Below are positions 46,520-58,679 of a stretch of 64,000 nt of DNA, in pieces (the stretch's first letter is position 1; the number at the start of each line of letters is the position of its first letter). Below the pieces are notes generated by a model. That model saw nothing but the letters and a program-made list of their open reading frames with translations, was not told the DNA's origin and ran no database searches. This DNA is from Scyliorhinus canicula (taxonomy: Eukaryota): NCBI RefSeq assembly GCF_902713615.1, contig NC_052157.1:61654146-61718145 (forward strand), given 5' to 3'. The translations under genes were made by a program, and so were the position numbers.

Positions 46520-49500
46520 TGTGACCCTTTCCTAAGCTGAAAAGTGGGAACCGGTACGGCCAAATCCTTACCATCCCCACATGCCAGCATCCATACCAGC
46601 CTCCATGGGCGGGTGCCCTGGCCACTGAGACCACCAGCTACCCAACCCCCAGGCTGCATACGATGGACCACCTTACAGAGTTGTTGTATGTGTTCGCCAC
46701 CTCCCCACCCCCCATAAGAAGGCCTCGCACAACCGCCTGGAGTGAGAGGAGACCAGAGGGTGACCACCATACCTGCAGCGCCTCACCATGGCTGAGCAGA
46801 GGGCCCTGGAGCAGCTCGGAGGAACTGGAGGTCTCTGAGGTGGAGTGAGGTCATGGGCGAGGAAGTGAGATCCCGCTGAGTTGCGGTTCCTCAAGACACG
46901 TGTGTCGAGATCCCTCCTTCACCCGACATCACCCTCACCCCCACACCACTCTCACCCCACACCACTCTCACCTCACACCACTCTCACCTCACACCACTCT
47001 CACCCCACACCACTCTCACCCCACACCACTCTCACTTCACACCACTCTCACCCCACACCACTCTCACCTCACACCACCCTTAACCCCACCCTCCACTTAC
47101 CCCAACACCACCCGCACCCCTACACCACCCACACACCCCTCCACCAACAACTGCCCTCCCTAACCTTCCCTAACCATTCCTTCCTCAGCCCACTGTCTAA
47201 TCATGCATGTTGTTATGTGTCTTACGGGACCTGCCAGAGATGGGGAAGGTCCATCTGGCAACCCCAGCCGGTGCCAGAGCCAGTTGCCCCTCTCAGCCGA
47301 GCACTGATGTGGAGTGCAGCTCGGATACCAGCCCTCCGCCTGAGATGCAGGAAACCCCGGAGCTCGAGTCTGTGAGTGATATAGATTTCCCGTCACAGCT
47401 GTCTCCAACACCCTCCACCATCCCAGACACACTCACCGCGGTTGGGTACTTGAGTGAAAAGGTTCCTGGAACACACTCTGGTGCGCATCACGCAATAAAC
47501 CCGGGAGGAACTCCCGAAGGGGTGGATGTTCGGAGGGCCGGCCGACCCCAGGAACCTCCTGCTGACCAGACGGGTCCCGGGAATCTGGAAATTCCAGTCC
47601 CACCCACAGTGCAGATGCAGTAAGAGCGCCAGGGACTATTGAGGGAATATCGGCAAGCATCCAGCACCTGTGAGCGCAGGTGGAGGAGTCCAACCGTGTG
47701 CAGGAGAGGGAGATGGTGCTGACAATGCATGCCACGCAAGGCAAGCCAACACCACATGGGTGGCATGTGAAATGGAGGCATAAGGGGCGCCGATTTCGGA
47801 AATGGATCAGCATGTCCAAGGCATGGGGCATTCTGTGCGGGCGCTGGCCGAGATCCAGGACAGAATTGCCCTCTCACAGGCAGCCATGTGGCAGAGCCAC
47901 CTGGACATTGCAGTGGCGCTCCTCAGCATGGCCCAATTACAGCGGGCCATGGGTGAGAACATTGGCGGCATTTCCCAGGGGCTGGCCGGCGTGGTGCAGG
48001 CACTCAGGGAGGTGGCCCAGTCCAAGACGGGGATGGCGCAGCCCCAGAAGGGGATAGTCCACTCCCTGTGCCCCATAGCCATGAGCATGCAGACCCTGGC
48101 TGAGACCAGAGAGGGCCTCCAGGACTGGCAAGTGGTGCCAGGTGGTGAGGCAGGGCCTCAGGGGATGGGTCTGCTTGCAGCCCCATCCCATGGCAAACCA
48201 AGGGAGGGGGAGATGATGTCACACTCAAGGGCCCCTCCAGAATAATCCAGGCACCTGAATCACATCTTCAGGAGGCCGAAGCACGGCTTGAGCACACTGC
48301 TGGTCGCTGCTCGGGTGTCATTGTAGCGGGTCTCCTCATTGGTCTGTGGCTTCCGGATAGGTGACATCAGCCACGGCTACAATGGGTAATCCCTGTCACC
48401 CAGGAGCCAACCCCTCATCCGGGGGGTTGTGTCTCAAACATGCCAGGAATTGCCCAGTGTGCCAGGATGAAGGTGTAGTGCACACTGCCCAGGTTGTATG
48501 ATGTGCAGCTGATGGTCACAGACCAGCTGAGTGGAATCTCTTTCTGTTTGTATAGTGAGGCCTGTTATCGTAGGGGGAATGCATCCCGTCGATCTCCCCC
48601 TGAACCCTTGGGCATGCCGGTGATGGCAGCGAACCCCGCTGCCCAAGCATCCTAGTGGACTCGGTCCACATGGGAATAGATGTATTAATCCGCCTGTGCT
48701 TATAGGGACTCAGTGACAGCGTGGATGTATCTGTGCACCGAGGTCTGTGAGATATGGTACAGGTCCCCAGTCGGCGCCTGTAAGGACCCCATCGTGTAGA
48801 AGTTCGGGGTGACTGTCACCTTGATGGTCGCCGGGAGCCGGTGCCCATCCCCATACCCCTGAGGTACCAAGTGTGCCATCATCTGGCAGATATGCCGCAC
48901 TGTCTCTCTGATCATCCGTCTGCTCTGTCTCTGACAGCATGTTGGTCTGGGAGCTCCTCGAATGGCACGCGGCACCAGTCCACACGAGGCCTGATGTGGT
49001 GCCTCTTTGGCCTGTTGTGCTGCCAGCTGTGCAACCTGGGCAGCTGCCACCTGCCCTTCTGGGCACGCTCCACTGCTGCAGCTTCCACGTCCTCTTCGAG
49101 CGGCTCCCACTCATACGGCCGCAGGGCATTCCGTAGAGCTGCGGCAACCACCAGGGCGGCCACCATTCCTGGTCGAACCCCGAAATCCATTACCTGCAGA
49201 GGGTGAAAGGCCAACATGTTAGCCTGGTGCATATTCCCGTGGCCAACCAGGTTCGACGGGCTACACCTTGGCCCTGGTTGGAAATTGCGGGCTCTGCCCC
49301 TGCATGTTCCCCTCCCAATCCCCTCACTTCTGCCCCGTTGGTGGCTGGCACCATGGGGGCCTCCGGCAGTGGCTCCCGTCCCTGATGCCAGGGGTACCAT
49401 TGGCTGGCACTGCCCTCGCTGGTGGCTGCCGTGTGCGTTGCCTCGGGTGGTCCGCCGGTGTGTGGCGGGCGGTTGGGCAGGTAGATTGAGGCAGGGGGTG

Positions 49501-49870
49501 GCGGTGTGGTGGGAGGTGGGGTGCGGGCGTGGAGGTGGGGGCACCCATACGGCTGGTCCCACTGTGGTGAAGTAGGAGACACGGTGGGTGATCGGTGGGT
49601 GCGCAGCAAGATGGCCACCATAATAGCAGTCATTGCCTGGGTCCCACCCCAGTACCGTGGGGGGGGGGGGTTAAAGCCTGTCCCCGCCCCTCTCCACCCT
49701 CCCCTGGCACAGCCCCTCAGCCAGCACGGCCAGTGTCTGGACTGGCAGCCCGCAGTGGCTACTCTTCGTGTCCCACCTCCATCTCTCTCTCTCTCTCAGC
49801 AGCCACCACATCAGGTTCAAGATTTTTGAGAGCACACGTGGACCCCATTATTAACTCCCCAGTCACATCA
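46520..49870. mobile_element. Degenerate PIF/Harbinger transposon: transposase (-, ~48250-49100) and probable second (Myb/SANT-type) gene remnant (+, ~46520-48245)
   Basis: RETVRHIC..IKVTV..NFYTMGS.Q..GDLYHISQTSVHRYI, G.IDG, GDRDYPL.PWLMSP and CFGLLK are HARBI1-like; the partner gene is inferred from Harbinger architecture. Confidence 0.75.
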
Positions 49871-50989
49871 TCTAAGGGAGCAGAGTTGACTTTATGTACT
49901 CTCTTCCTTTTATATACTCATAGAATCTTTTGCCATCTATTTTTATATTTTGCACCAGATTTCTTTCATAATCTACCTTTGCGTTTTTTATTAATTTTTC
50001 ACTCACAGTCTGTTGGTCTTTAAAGGTTTCCCAATCCTCCAGCCAGCCACTGACATTTGCAAGATGGCATGCCCTCGTTTTTGCCTTTATCTTGAACCTC
50101 CTTGCTTAGCCTCGGATGCAATTTCAGAAGCCGAAACAGTTATCACGTTGTGTCGCCACTCTCTGGAAACCGGGAAGTAAGTGTTTTTTATCAGAATGCG
50201 GAAGGAGATGGTTTAACTGTTTGGATAGGGCAATGCAGTGGAACCAGTAAGGAAAATATTGTGACATTGTTTGTGTTTGACAAGTTGCTTCATCTCGTCT
50301 AAAGTCATCATTTGTTAAGTAAAAAAAAATTGAACTTTTTTCTATACTTGTTTCAATTTCTAAAGTAATAAGTATATATTTAAAATAAAGCTTGTTTGTT
50401 AATGTAAAGATGCGCATGCTCAACTGAAATTGTTTAATTTTCAGCAGTGAAAAGACATGTACTTGGAAAAATCAGGGGTGGGATTGTCTGTCCCACTGCA
50501 CCAGATGCCACACCACTTTGCTGGGGTAGGGCTCCTCCGCCGGCGGTGGGATTGTCCAATAGGGTTAACCATTGTGGGCAGCCCACATCGTCGGCAAATT
50601 CCCGGGTGTGGGTGCGCTGCCAGTATATTGGAGAATCCCAACAGCGGCCTTTAAATATGAACAATGGAGTCTTTCCGCCAGAGGCAGCGCCAGAGATAAG
50701 GTGCCCAGCACGTACACTGATGCCACATGTCCTGTATGTCCGTGCTTTGCCAAACTCATGGAGGAGAGATTCCTCCATTTTGTAGCTGCTACCAAGCAAG
50801 CAAAAGGACTGTGTGAAGCACTGAAGATGTTTTGTAATAAGGAAGAGAGGGCCAGAGACACAAGCAGGCCAGGATCTCACAACTAAATCCGCTGGAGAGA
50901 GCTTCACAGGAGAGTCCATGACAAGACAAAGCAGTGCTGGTGTGAGCTATATACGGAGCCCCAGGGCCTCTGGTGAACAACTCATTGAG

Positions 50990-51240
50990 AAGAAACTGAA
51001 ATCGGGAACAAAGCAGCGTAAAGATGATTTTTTTCAGGTGTGGTTCATTGTGCCAAATCAGAACGCAAAAGCCATTTGTGTTATATTCAGGGAAGTACTG
51101 GCAAATGAACATTCAACACCCTCAAATCTTTAAATGCATTTGAAGACTAAGCAAGGCGAGTTTGAGGACAAACCTCTTGACTTTTTCAAAGGCTGCAGTG
51201 AGAACTTAAACCGTCAGCTGAAGTCCTGAGAAGAAATCTA
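50990..51240 (+). mobile_element. hAT (Buster/SPIN-like) transposase BED-finger fragment
   Basis: KDDF...F....AKAICVIFREVLANE..PSNL..HLKTK.GEFEDKPLDFF. Confidence 0.65.
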
Positions 51241-52006
51241 GCGTTCAATGAGGACGCAAGTGAGATGATGAGGACGCAAGTGAGATGATGAGGACCAAGC
51301 AGGCTCCCCGTCGCACTAATGGTAAGCAATATAGTGTGTTGTGATTGGCGGCCGTCTTGGGTCACGAATGTCAGCTGGCATGGGGTCCAAAGTTCTGTCG
51401 GTTGGTAAGAGTGGGTCCGGGTAAAAAGTTTGAAAAATAATGCTCTATTGCACTCGGCATTAGTATGGGAAGTGTGTGGGGGAATTGATGAGAAATCTGT
51501 AGAAACATCTGCTGCTTGGTTTCAGAGTGTGGGCTGTCTGACCAGTTTGCCCACTGGTTTATATGAACTATGTACTGAGTGTGAACATTAGAGTATGAAG
51601 TGGATTTTGTAACTTGTATTATGGCTCTGAATCTGTATATATCGAAAGGTAGAGTTGCAGAGAAGGAGTGTGTATAATAGTGCATCGAATTTTGTTTCGT
51701 AAATGTTTCATTCTTTTCTTATGAGGACAGCAACCGCCCTCAATGTTTTCAAGCAAAAAATAAAAGTTAGGATCTGCCAAGCCACGTTTCGCCCTGGGAT
51801 CTAACTTGTCCAGTAATAACCCCAGCTGAGAGCATAACATCATTGACATCAAAGTGAATATTGGAGGTTGCTTTAGGACTGAACTGGAAGCTATCACCAG
51901 GTTACTGATCATCAGACATTGTGTTAATGTGGAAAAATCACAATTTGTGTTATTTCCCATTGCGTGTTGGATGTGAATTGTTGAGTAATTATAACCCAGC
52001 ACTTAC

Positions 52007-52351
52007 CAGAAATGTGAAGTCGGGTTACCGGGTAACAGTTATGGCGGGAATCAGGTCAAATTCTATTCAGAAAAAACAAGATCCTGCATCTTTTCGTGTC
52101 GTGTTGTTTGTACTCAGGGAACAGTCGCCAGTTTTCAGGTCTCCAGAACCGGGTCCGATGGTGAAACTCTGCCGATACGTAATTCTGATCCCTGGAGGCA
52201 AAGGATATCAACAGGCTTCCATATTTCTCATCATTTCTCTCCATTGGTTTTCCCAGACACGATGGATAACTGAAATGACACAGAATCTGTACACACGAAA
52301 CTTCCTGCCTTGTCACCTCTTGTGGAGTCTCACCTTTCCACTGAGGTTCAG
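52007..52351 (-). pseudogene. Disabled paralogous Siglec-like V-set exon
   Basis: cccag| acceptor and |gtaagt donor; EPQWKGETPQEV..SCVQILC, HRTR, GDLKTGDCSL..DAG..FF*IEFD with two frameshifts and TGA at the conserved Arg position. Confidence 0.85.
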
Positions 52352-53109
52352 CTGGGGAGAGAAATATCAATATTGTACACTGGATAGTTTGGACATCCAC
52401 CAGACTCAAAATGTACAGTTGGGACTTAATTAGGGAGACATTCAATACTGAGGATAACGGCAATAAATTACAGAAAGATATTAATAAACTTAAAGAATGT
52501 ACAGGTCATTGACAAATTAATTTCAACATTGATAAATGCGAGGTGTTGCATTTAGGTTAGAAAGATATGGAGGGGACTTCCGGTGATGAGGATGTGTTGA
52601 GATGTCACACATCAGGTGGGCCTTCTCCTACAAACCCAAAGATAGGCCCTTTCCTTTGAAATAGTCTGCTAATACGAGGAAAAGAAATATCCTCACACCT
52701 CAACCAACATCCACGCGAAAGGAGATGCCGAACAACAGCCACTCCAGAGGCCGTGTAGAAGCAAGGGGCGGAATTCTCTGATAATGGGCCAAAAGTCCTC
52801 ATGCCCATGAGAAAACGGATGCAAATCACTCTGGGCTTACCTGGAGAAAGTCCACAGTGATTCTCCGTTTTGCAAGGGGCTTATAGGGCCTGGAGTAGTC
52901 CTCGGCAGCTCCGGCAGCCGATACGGGGCCCTGCACTTCCGGACGGAGGTCCGAGCATGCGTGTGGCGGCGGCCCCACGCAACATGGCGGACCCACACAG
53001 CGGACCAGCTCTCACAATATAGCCCCCCCACCCCTCCCAGATCACCCGTGCCTGCCGATCGGTGGCGCCCGATCACGAGCCTGGCCATCCTGGAATATGT
53101 TTGCATTTG

Positions 53110-53870
53110 AAAACAAGGCTGATGGCAGAAGCTTTGAAGAAGTACTTAAAAGATTCAATCAGCATTGCTCCCCAAGAAAAAACTAAACCTTTGAGCGCTA
53201 TAAATTCCCTACGCCCACCCAAAACAAGGGAGAGGTATCTGATAGCTTCCTCACTGACTTGCAATTGAAAGCGCAGTTGAGCAACTTCAGCACACTCCAG
53301 TCATCGATGATACGAGACCAGACAGTGTTTGGAATCTCCAATAATAAAGTGAATGACCAGCTACCATGGGAAACAGACCTGAAACATGAAAATGCCATTC
53401 AAGTACGTCACGCTAGTGAGTATGCTGCAAAGCAGCTCGACACGTTGAATCTCCGTAGTTTTGGCGCAAATGCAGAAGAGGCGGCCGACGCCATTAATGT
53501 GGTGATGCAGCTGAATGGGAAGTGTGCCCCCAGGGCAGATGGCCATTTTGAGCAGCCGACCCGATCCCCCATGATATGCCAGCGATGTGGCACTCATCAT
53601 CCAAATGTGGAAGAGGAAACCACTTTGCCTGGCAATGTTACTCCCGTTGGACACTGGAGCGACCAAGACAGTTCACTTGGTGGAGGAGACTGACAGCGAA
53701 GTCCTGTGTGTCATTGATACGGTTTTTAGTGAGAGCAAATTAATGGCAAACAGCCAACTGGTAATTAATCAAATAATCCCCATTTTGGACAAATTGACTC
53801 CAGAGAAATATGATGAATTAGCCGATGCGCACAGAATGGTTCCTGCAGTGGATTCTCAAATACTCGAGGC
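53110..53870 (+). mobile_element. Gypsy gag remnant
   Basis: QLKAQLSNFSTLQSSMIRDQTVFGI, CQRCGTHH; same gag type as at 1484 and 26856. Confidence 0.7.
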
Positions 53871-55968
53871 CAGTGGCGGACTGGCCAGGGTGTCAGCTTG
53901 CCCGATGGCAAGTGGGCCCCTGATGAAGTGGGCCCCCTATATCAAATAAAAATGCAATAAAGAAACAAACACAGACAACTGTTTTAGTAATAAAAAGGAA
54001 TAAGAAAAAAAAGAGAACAGGACACAAATAAGCAGTGCATGAAAAGGAACGAAGCAGGGGAGGTAGTGGAAGGATGTGGAATGGGGGGCCCGGGTCGGGC
54101 ATAATTAAGGAAATTCCATGTTTTCAGCAAGAGTGTGTGAATTTAAAGATAAAGTTACAATTCGTGATTTGAGATGATTGGCAACTTCAAAGGATATCAA
54201 GCAGTAGTCTTGGTTCAGCCGGTACATCGGTCCGGGGCCCGGAGAGCCAAGAAGGGGCCCGTGAATCTCTGAAGGGCCCTTAAAAATTATAATTAATTAG
54301 ATAAATAATTCTCCAACTTCTTTCCTGAGATTTGTATTCTAACTTAATAAAATATAATTGTTTTTAAAAAGAGCTGTACCAAATAAAAATGCAATAAAGA
54401 AAGAAACAAATAATCACTCAGTGTATGAAGGAATGAAGCAGTGTTAAACGGATGTGAAAAGAAGTGGGGGGGGGGGGGGACGCTGGTTCACCCGGGTCGG
54501 ACATAGTTGGAAATCCACGTTTTCAGCAAGAGTGTGTGAATTTAAAGATAAAGTTACAGTTCGTGATTTGAGATGGTCGGCAACTTGAAAGGATATCAAG
54601 CAGTACATAGGGTCGTGAGGTCACCGAAAAGGAGAAGCGGTACCTTTGACCTTGAATCATGAGGTCAAAGATATTGAAGTGATAAGCCATGATCGGTAAA
54701 CTCAAAGGGTTGCGACTTGTAACACTACACTGGTATTAAACTGGACATGTTAACTTTGGTCGTGGGACCATTCTTAATGTCTTACTATAGTCGGACCAAA
54801 CTTCTAAGTTTCAACAGTTGTCTCAGTTGCTTGCTGGTGTGAACACTGGACAGTGGATTGTCTCCTCTTCTGAAGCTGCATAGGCCACAGTAGTATTGAC
54901 TAATGAACATAGCCTATTGAAGTGTAAGTAAGTTATTTTATATTTTTTATCAAGTAGGGGTTTATCTGGCGTTCCTTCAAGTTATTCTTGCAATCATCAA
55001 TATTAATTTTTCCCAATGTGGGCTATTTTTAATTAAGTTTCTATTTCAGGAATATTACCCCTACCAGCATGGAAAAGAAAAAGCATAAATCTGGGTCACT
55101 AAAACGCAAAGAACAAAAAGAAGCAGAAAGGAAGGAATCAGCCAAGCGATGCAGGCCTATTACAGAGTTTATAATACCACAAGCACAATCCACATCAATA
55201 TCCAGTTCTGCAACAAATAATCAAGAAGCAAGAAACAATGCTCATGGTGATGATGCAATGACATGCGAGTTACAAGAACAGAGAAGAGCTACTTTGAATG
55301 TAGAGACAAATACAAGTGCATCCATTACTAATCAACCCAGGCCCAATATTTCTTCTGGCTTCCTTGTTCCAGTATCTGTACTGCCTGTAGTTGCAACATC
55401 TGAACACATAGCTTCAACTAGTGACAGGGAATCAGATATTCCTTCAAGCATAAATGACTTGGTTTCTGAAGCACATCCTGTAAATGAACCTATGCAAGAA
55501 AATGAAAGATCAATTACTGGAATCTTCCAATATCCATCACGAGCAAAGCTAAAACAGTTTTTTGCTGAACATCCACTTCAGCCACTTGATGATCTGCCAT
55601 TTGATGCTCGTTTGTATGAGAGGAAAATTAAGAATGACTCAGTCCCAAGAAAATGACTAACATATAACAAAGAAAATTGATGCTTATATTGTTCATACTT
55701 GGGACTGAGTCATTCTTAATTTTCCTCTCATACCAACGAGCATCAAATGGCAGATCATCAAGTGGCTGGAACAAGGAAGCCAGAAGAAATATTGCTACAG
55801 TGCAGTTGATGGCAAAATATGACCCCATTATGGCAGCTCACGTTTATAAACAAAGAATCAAACGATTAGAGCAACAAGGAAAGGCTCAAAGTAAAGGCCG
55901 TGGTGGACTTGTTACATTCCTGAGTAAAACAACTATAAACATGATAATCAAAATTATGAAGAATATGA
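53871..55968 (+). mobile_element. hAT (Tip100/ZMYM1-like) DNA transposon 5' part with transposase N-terminus (ORF 55069..55656)
   Basis: CAGTGGCGGACTGG terminus; KSGSLKRK.., HPLQP..; later ..QLMAKYDPIMAAH..TFLSKTTIN.II; ~260-bp subterminal duplication. Confidence 0.65.
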
Positions 55969-55969
55969 T

Positions 55970-58580
55970 ACACCCCTCGCCTTCCTAAGGTGTTCCACGG
56001 CCCTACTCGTGGATAGCGCCCCCAGTTCTGCCTGTAGTCTCTGCCTCTCCCTGAGTAGATCCTCCCCCGGGGACTCCACGTGTTCCTCGTCTATCCGACA
56101 CATTTCCCTAACCAATCTGTCCATTTCTGCCCTGTCCGCCTTGGCACTGTGGGCCCCAATTGAGATCAACTCTCCCCGCACTACTGCCTTCACCGCCTCC
56201 CACAGGGTCGCCGTTGAGACTTCCCCCGTATCGTTCACCTGCAAGTAGTTTTGCATACACCTCCGAAGCCTCTCACAAGTCCCCTCCTCCAACAGTCCCA
56301 CGTCTAGCCTCCATTGTGGGCGTTGGTGATTCGCCCCTCCGACCTGCAGGTCTACCCAGTGCGGGGCATGGTCCGAGATAGTGATTGCCGAATATTCCGT
56401 GTTCTTTACCTCCCCTACACAGTCCCTGCTTAAGACAAAGAAGTCTATCCTAGAATATACTTTATGCACGTGCAAGCAAAACGAGTAGCCCCTTTCCGTC
56501 GGCTGTCTGGCTCTCCAGGGGTCCTCTGCCCCCATTTGCTCCATAAACTCTTTCAGCTCCCTTGCCATTGCTGGGTGTCTACCCGTTCTGGGACATGACC
56601 GATCCAGCCCCGGGTCAGGGACCATGTTAAAGTTCCCCCCCCATTATTAGCCTACGAGAGTCCAGGTCCGGGATCTTCCCCAGCACTCTTTTAATAAAGT
56701 CCATGTCGTCCCAGTTCGGGGCATATATATTCACCAGCACCACTCTTCTCCCTTCCAGTCTGCCCCTTACCATCAGGTATCTGCCCCCCTCTGTCTGCGG
56801 CTATGCCCTCCGCCTCAAATTGCACGCGCTTGTTGATCATGATTGCCACCCCTCTGGACTTCGAGTCCAAGTCCGAGTGGAAGACCTGGCTAATCCAGCC
56901 CTTCCTTAGCCTAGTCTGGTCAGATACTTTCAGATGTGTCTCCTGCAACATAAGTACGTCCGCCTTCAGAGCCCGCAAGTGTGCGAACATCCGTGCCCTC
57001 TTAACTGGCCCATTCAGTCCCCTGACATTCCAGGTGATCAGCCTGGTTGGGGGGCACAACCCACCCCCTCCCCCCACACCGGTCATCCATAGCCTTTCTC
57101 GGGCCGGCCCCCGGCCCGTGCGTCGCGCCATTCTTGGCCCCGCCTCTTGGCTGCCTCCACCCTCGACCTCCTTCCCACTGCCTACTTCAGATCCCTCCCA
57201 CGTCAGCAAAACAACCCCCCCACTCTCCCACCCTAGCAACATCCCCAGGTAACCCCACCCCTGCCATCCACTGGCTGTATTCTCTCCCCCCTCCACCTGA
57301 CTCCCTTGACTAGCCAATCTGCTAGCCCGGTGACTCATCACTCCGGCGCCCCCCTATCTCATTCCCATTGTTTCCCCGTCCTCATCCCCACTCCCCGGTG
57401 CCCCATCTCCCTCTCCAACCCGCTGGAGCAAACTCACTGGCACAGGAAGGCAGGAACACCAATAAAACAAAAACCCCCAACCCACGTCTTTAACCCGCCT
57501 CGCTGACCGGCCACCCTTAGTTACAATACCGGCTCCAGTGCACTCAGCGAGCCCCACAAAAAGTAAAAATCCACACGAAAAGGAAAAAACAGAAAAAAGA
57601 GGGAAAAAAAACAAAAAAAACCAGCAACCAAAAACAAAGAAAAGAGTCCAAATGTCCCGCATGGCACCTTTAACACAGCAAACCGCTGAACAGCGGTCCA
57701 GGCACATTCGGCGTCCCTTCATACGATGGTTTTCGGGTCCTAATTCGTGCCCGTGGGACCTCTTTTCGGGACCAGCCCCTGATCCCTCGCAAAGTCCATC
57801 GCTTCTTGGGGCTTGGAGAAGTAGTGGTGTTGACTCTGATGCGTGACCGAAAGACGGTCCGGGAACAGCAGACCAAACTTCACGTGCTTCTTGAACAGCA
57901 CCTCCTTGACTTGTTTAAAGGCTGCTCGCCGCCGAGCCACCTCCTGGCTTAGGTCCTGGTAAATGCGGAGAACACTGTTGTTTCACGTGCTGCTCCTGGC
58001 GCTCTTCGCCCAGCTGCAGCATCAGCTCCCTCAGCCTCCTCCGGGCGGCCGATGATCCTCAGATTATTCCTGCAGGCTCTATTCTCCAACTCCTCTACTC
58101 TCTCCAGCAGTCTTCTTTGCCGCTCCTTCAGCCCGTCGACCTCTATCGCCGCAATCCACCGCTTCTCGCAGCTCCTTAACTTTAACATCTTGAGCATCCA
58201 GCCTCTGATTCAGCTGATCCACTGCCTTCTGGAGTGGATCCAAGCTGTCCCGCTTCAGCGACTCAAAACTGCTCTTCATCACCTGGAGCATGTTTTCCAG
58301 CGCCTGCTGGATTGCTGAGTCCGAGGTCCGTGTGTCCACCATCTTAGGTTCCAGGTCAGCTTCCTCTGCTCCTTGCCTCTGTCCCTTTCTCTCTCTCTTC
58401 CTCTGCTTCCTGGACTCTCGTGGTTCCATGCACTGCAGCCCGCTCCCCCGCACTTCCGCGGCCGCCTTTTCGCCACTCCGCAGTCCCGCTATCGCAGGGG
58501 AATCAGCCCCTAAAGCCCCGCCGGAGTGAGAGCCCGCCAAATGTGTGGCTCACTCGATCATCGCCGCCACCGGAAGTCCC
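55970..58580 (-). mobile_element. Tx1/L1-clade LINE 5' half (5' UTR, ORF1, APE)
   Basis: GGGACTTCCGGTGGCGG 5' end; ELENRA.RNNLRIIG.PE (ORF1); TWNVRGLNGPVKR..LQETH..SRGVAI, RIDFF, ISDHAP (APE). Confidence 0.85.
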
Positions 58581-58679
58581 AACCTATTAAAAGTTGTGGG
58601 TCAGGTGAACTCCATGATACACTTCGGGGTTCTCTGAACCGCGGCCCATAACAAATCCATGAGGCAGCAGCGAGGGAGA

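Noticed and set aside
51350-51930. Possible I/Nimb-type LINE RT C-terminus on the minus strand (LGLLLDKL.., RAIIQVTKSTS)
   Set aside because: The similarity is too weak to call without an HMM search.
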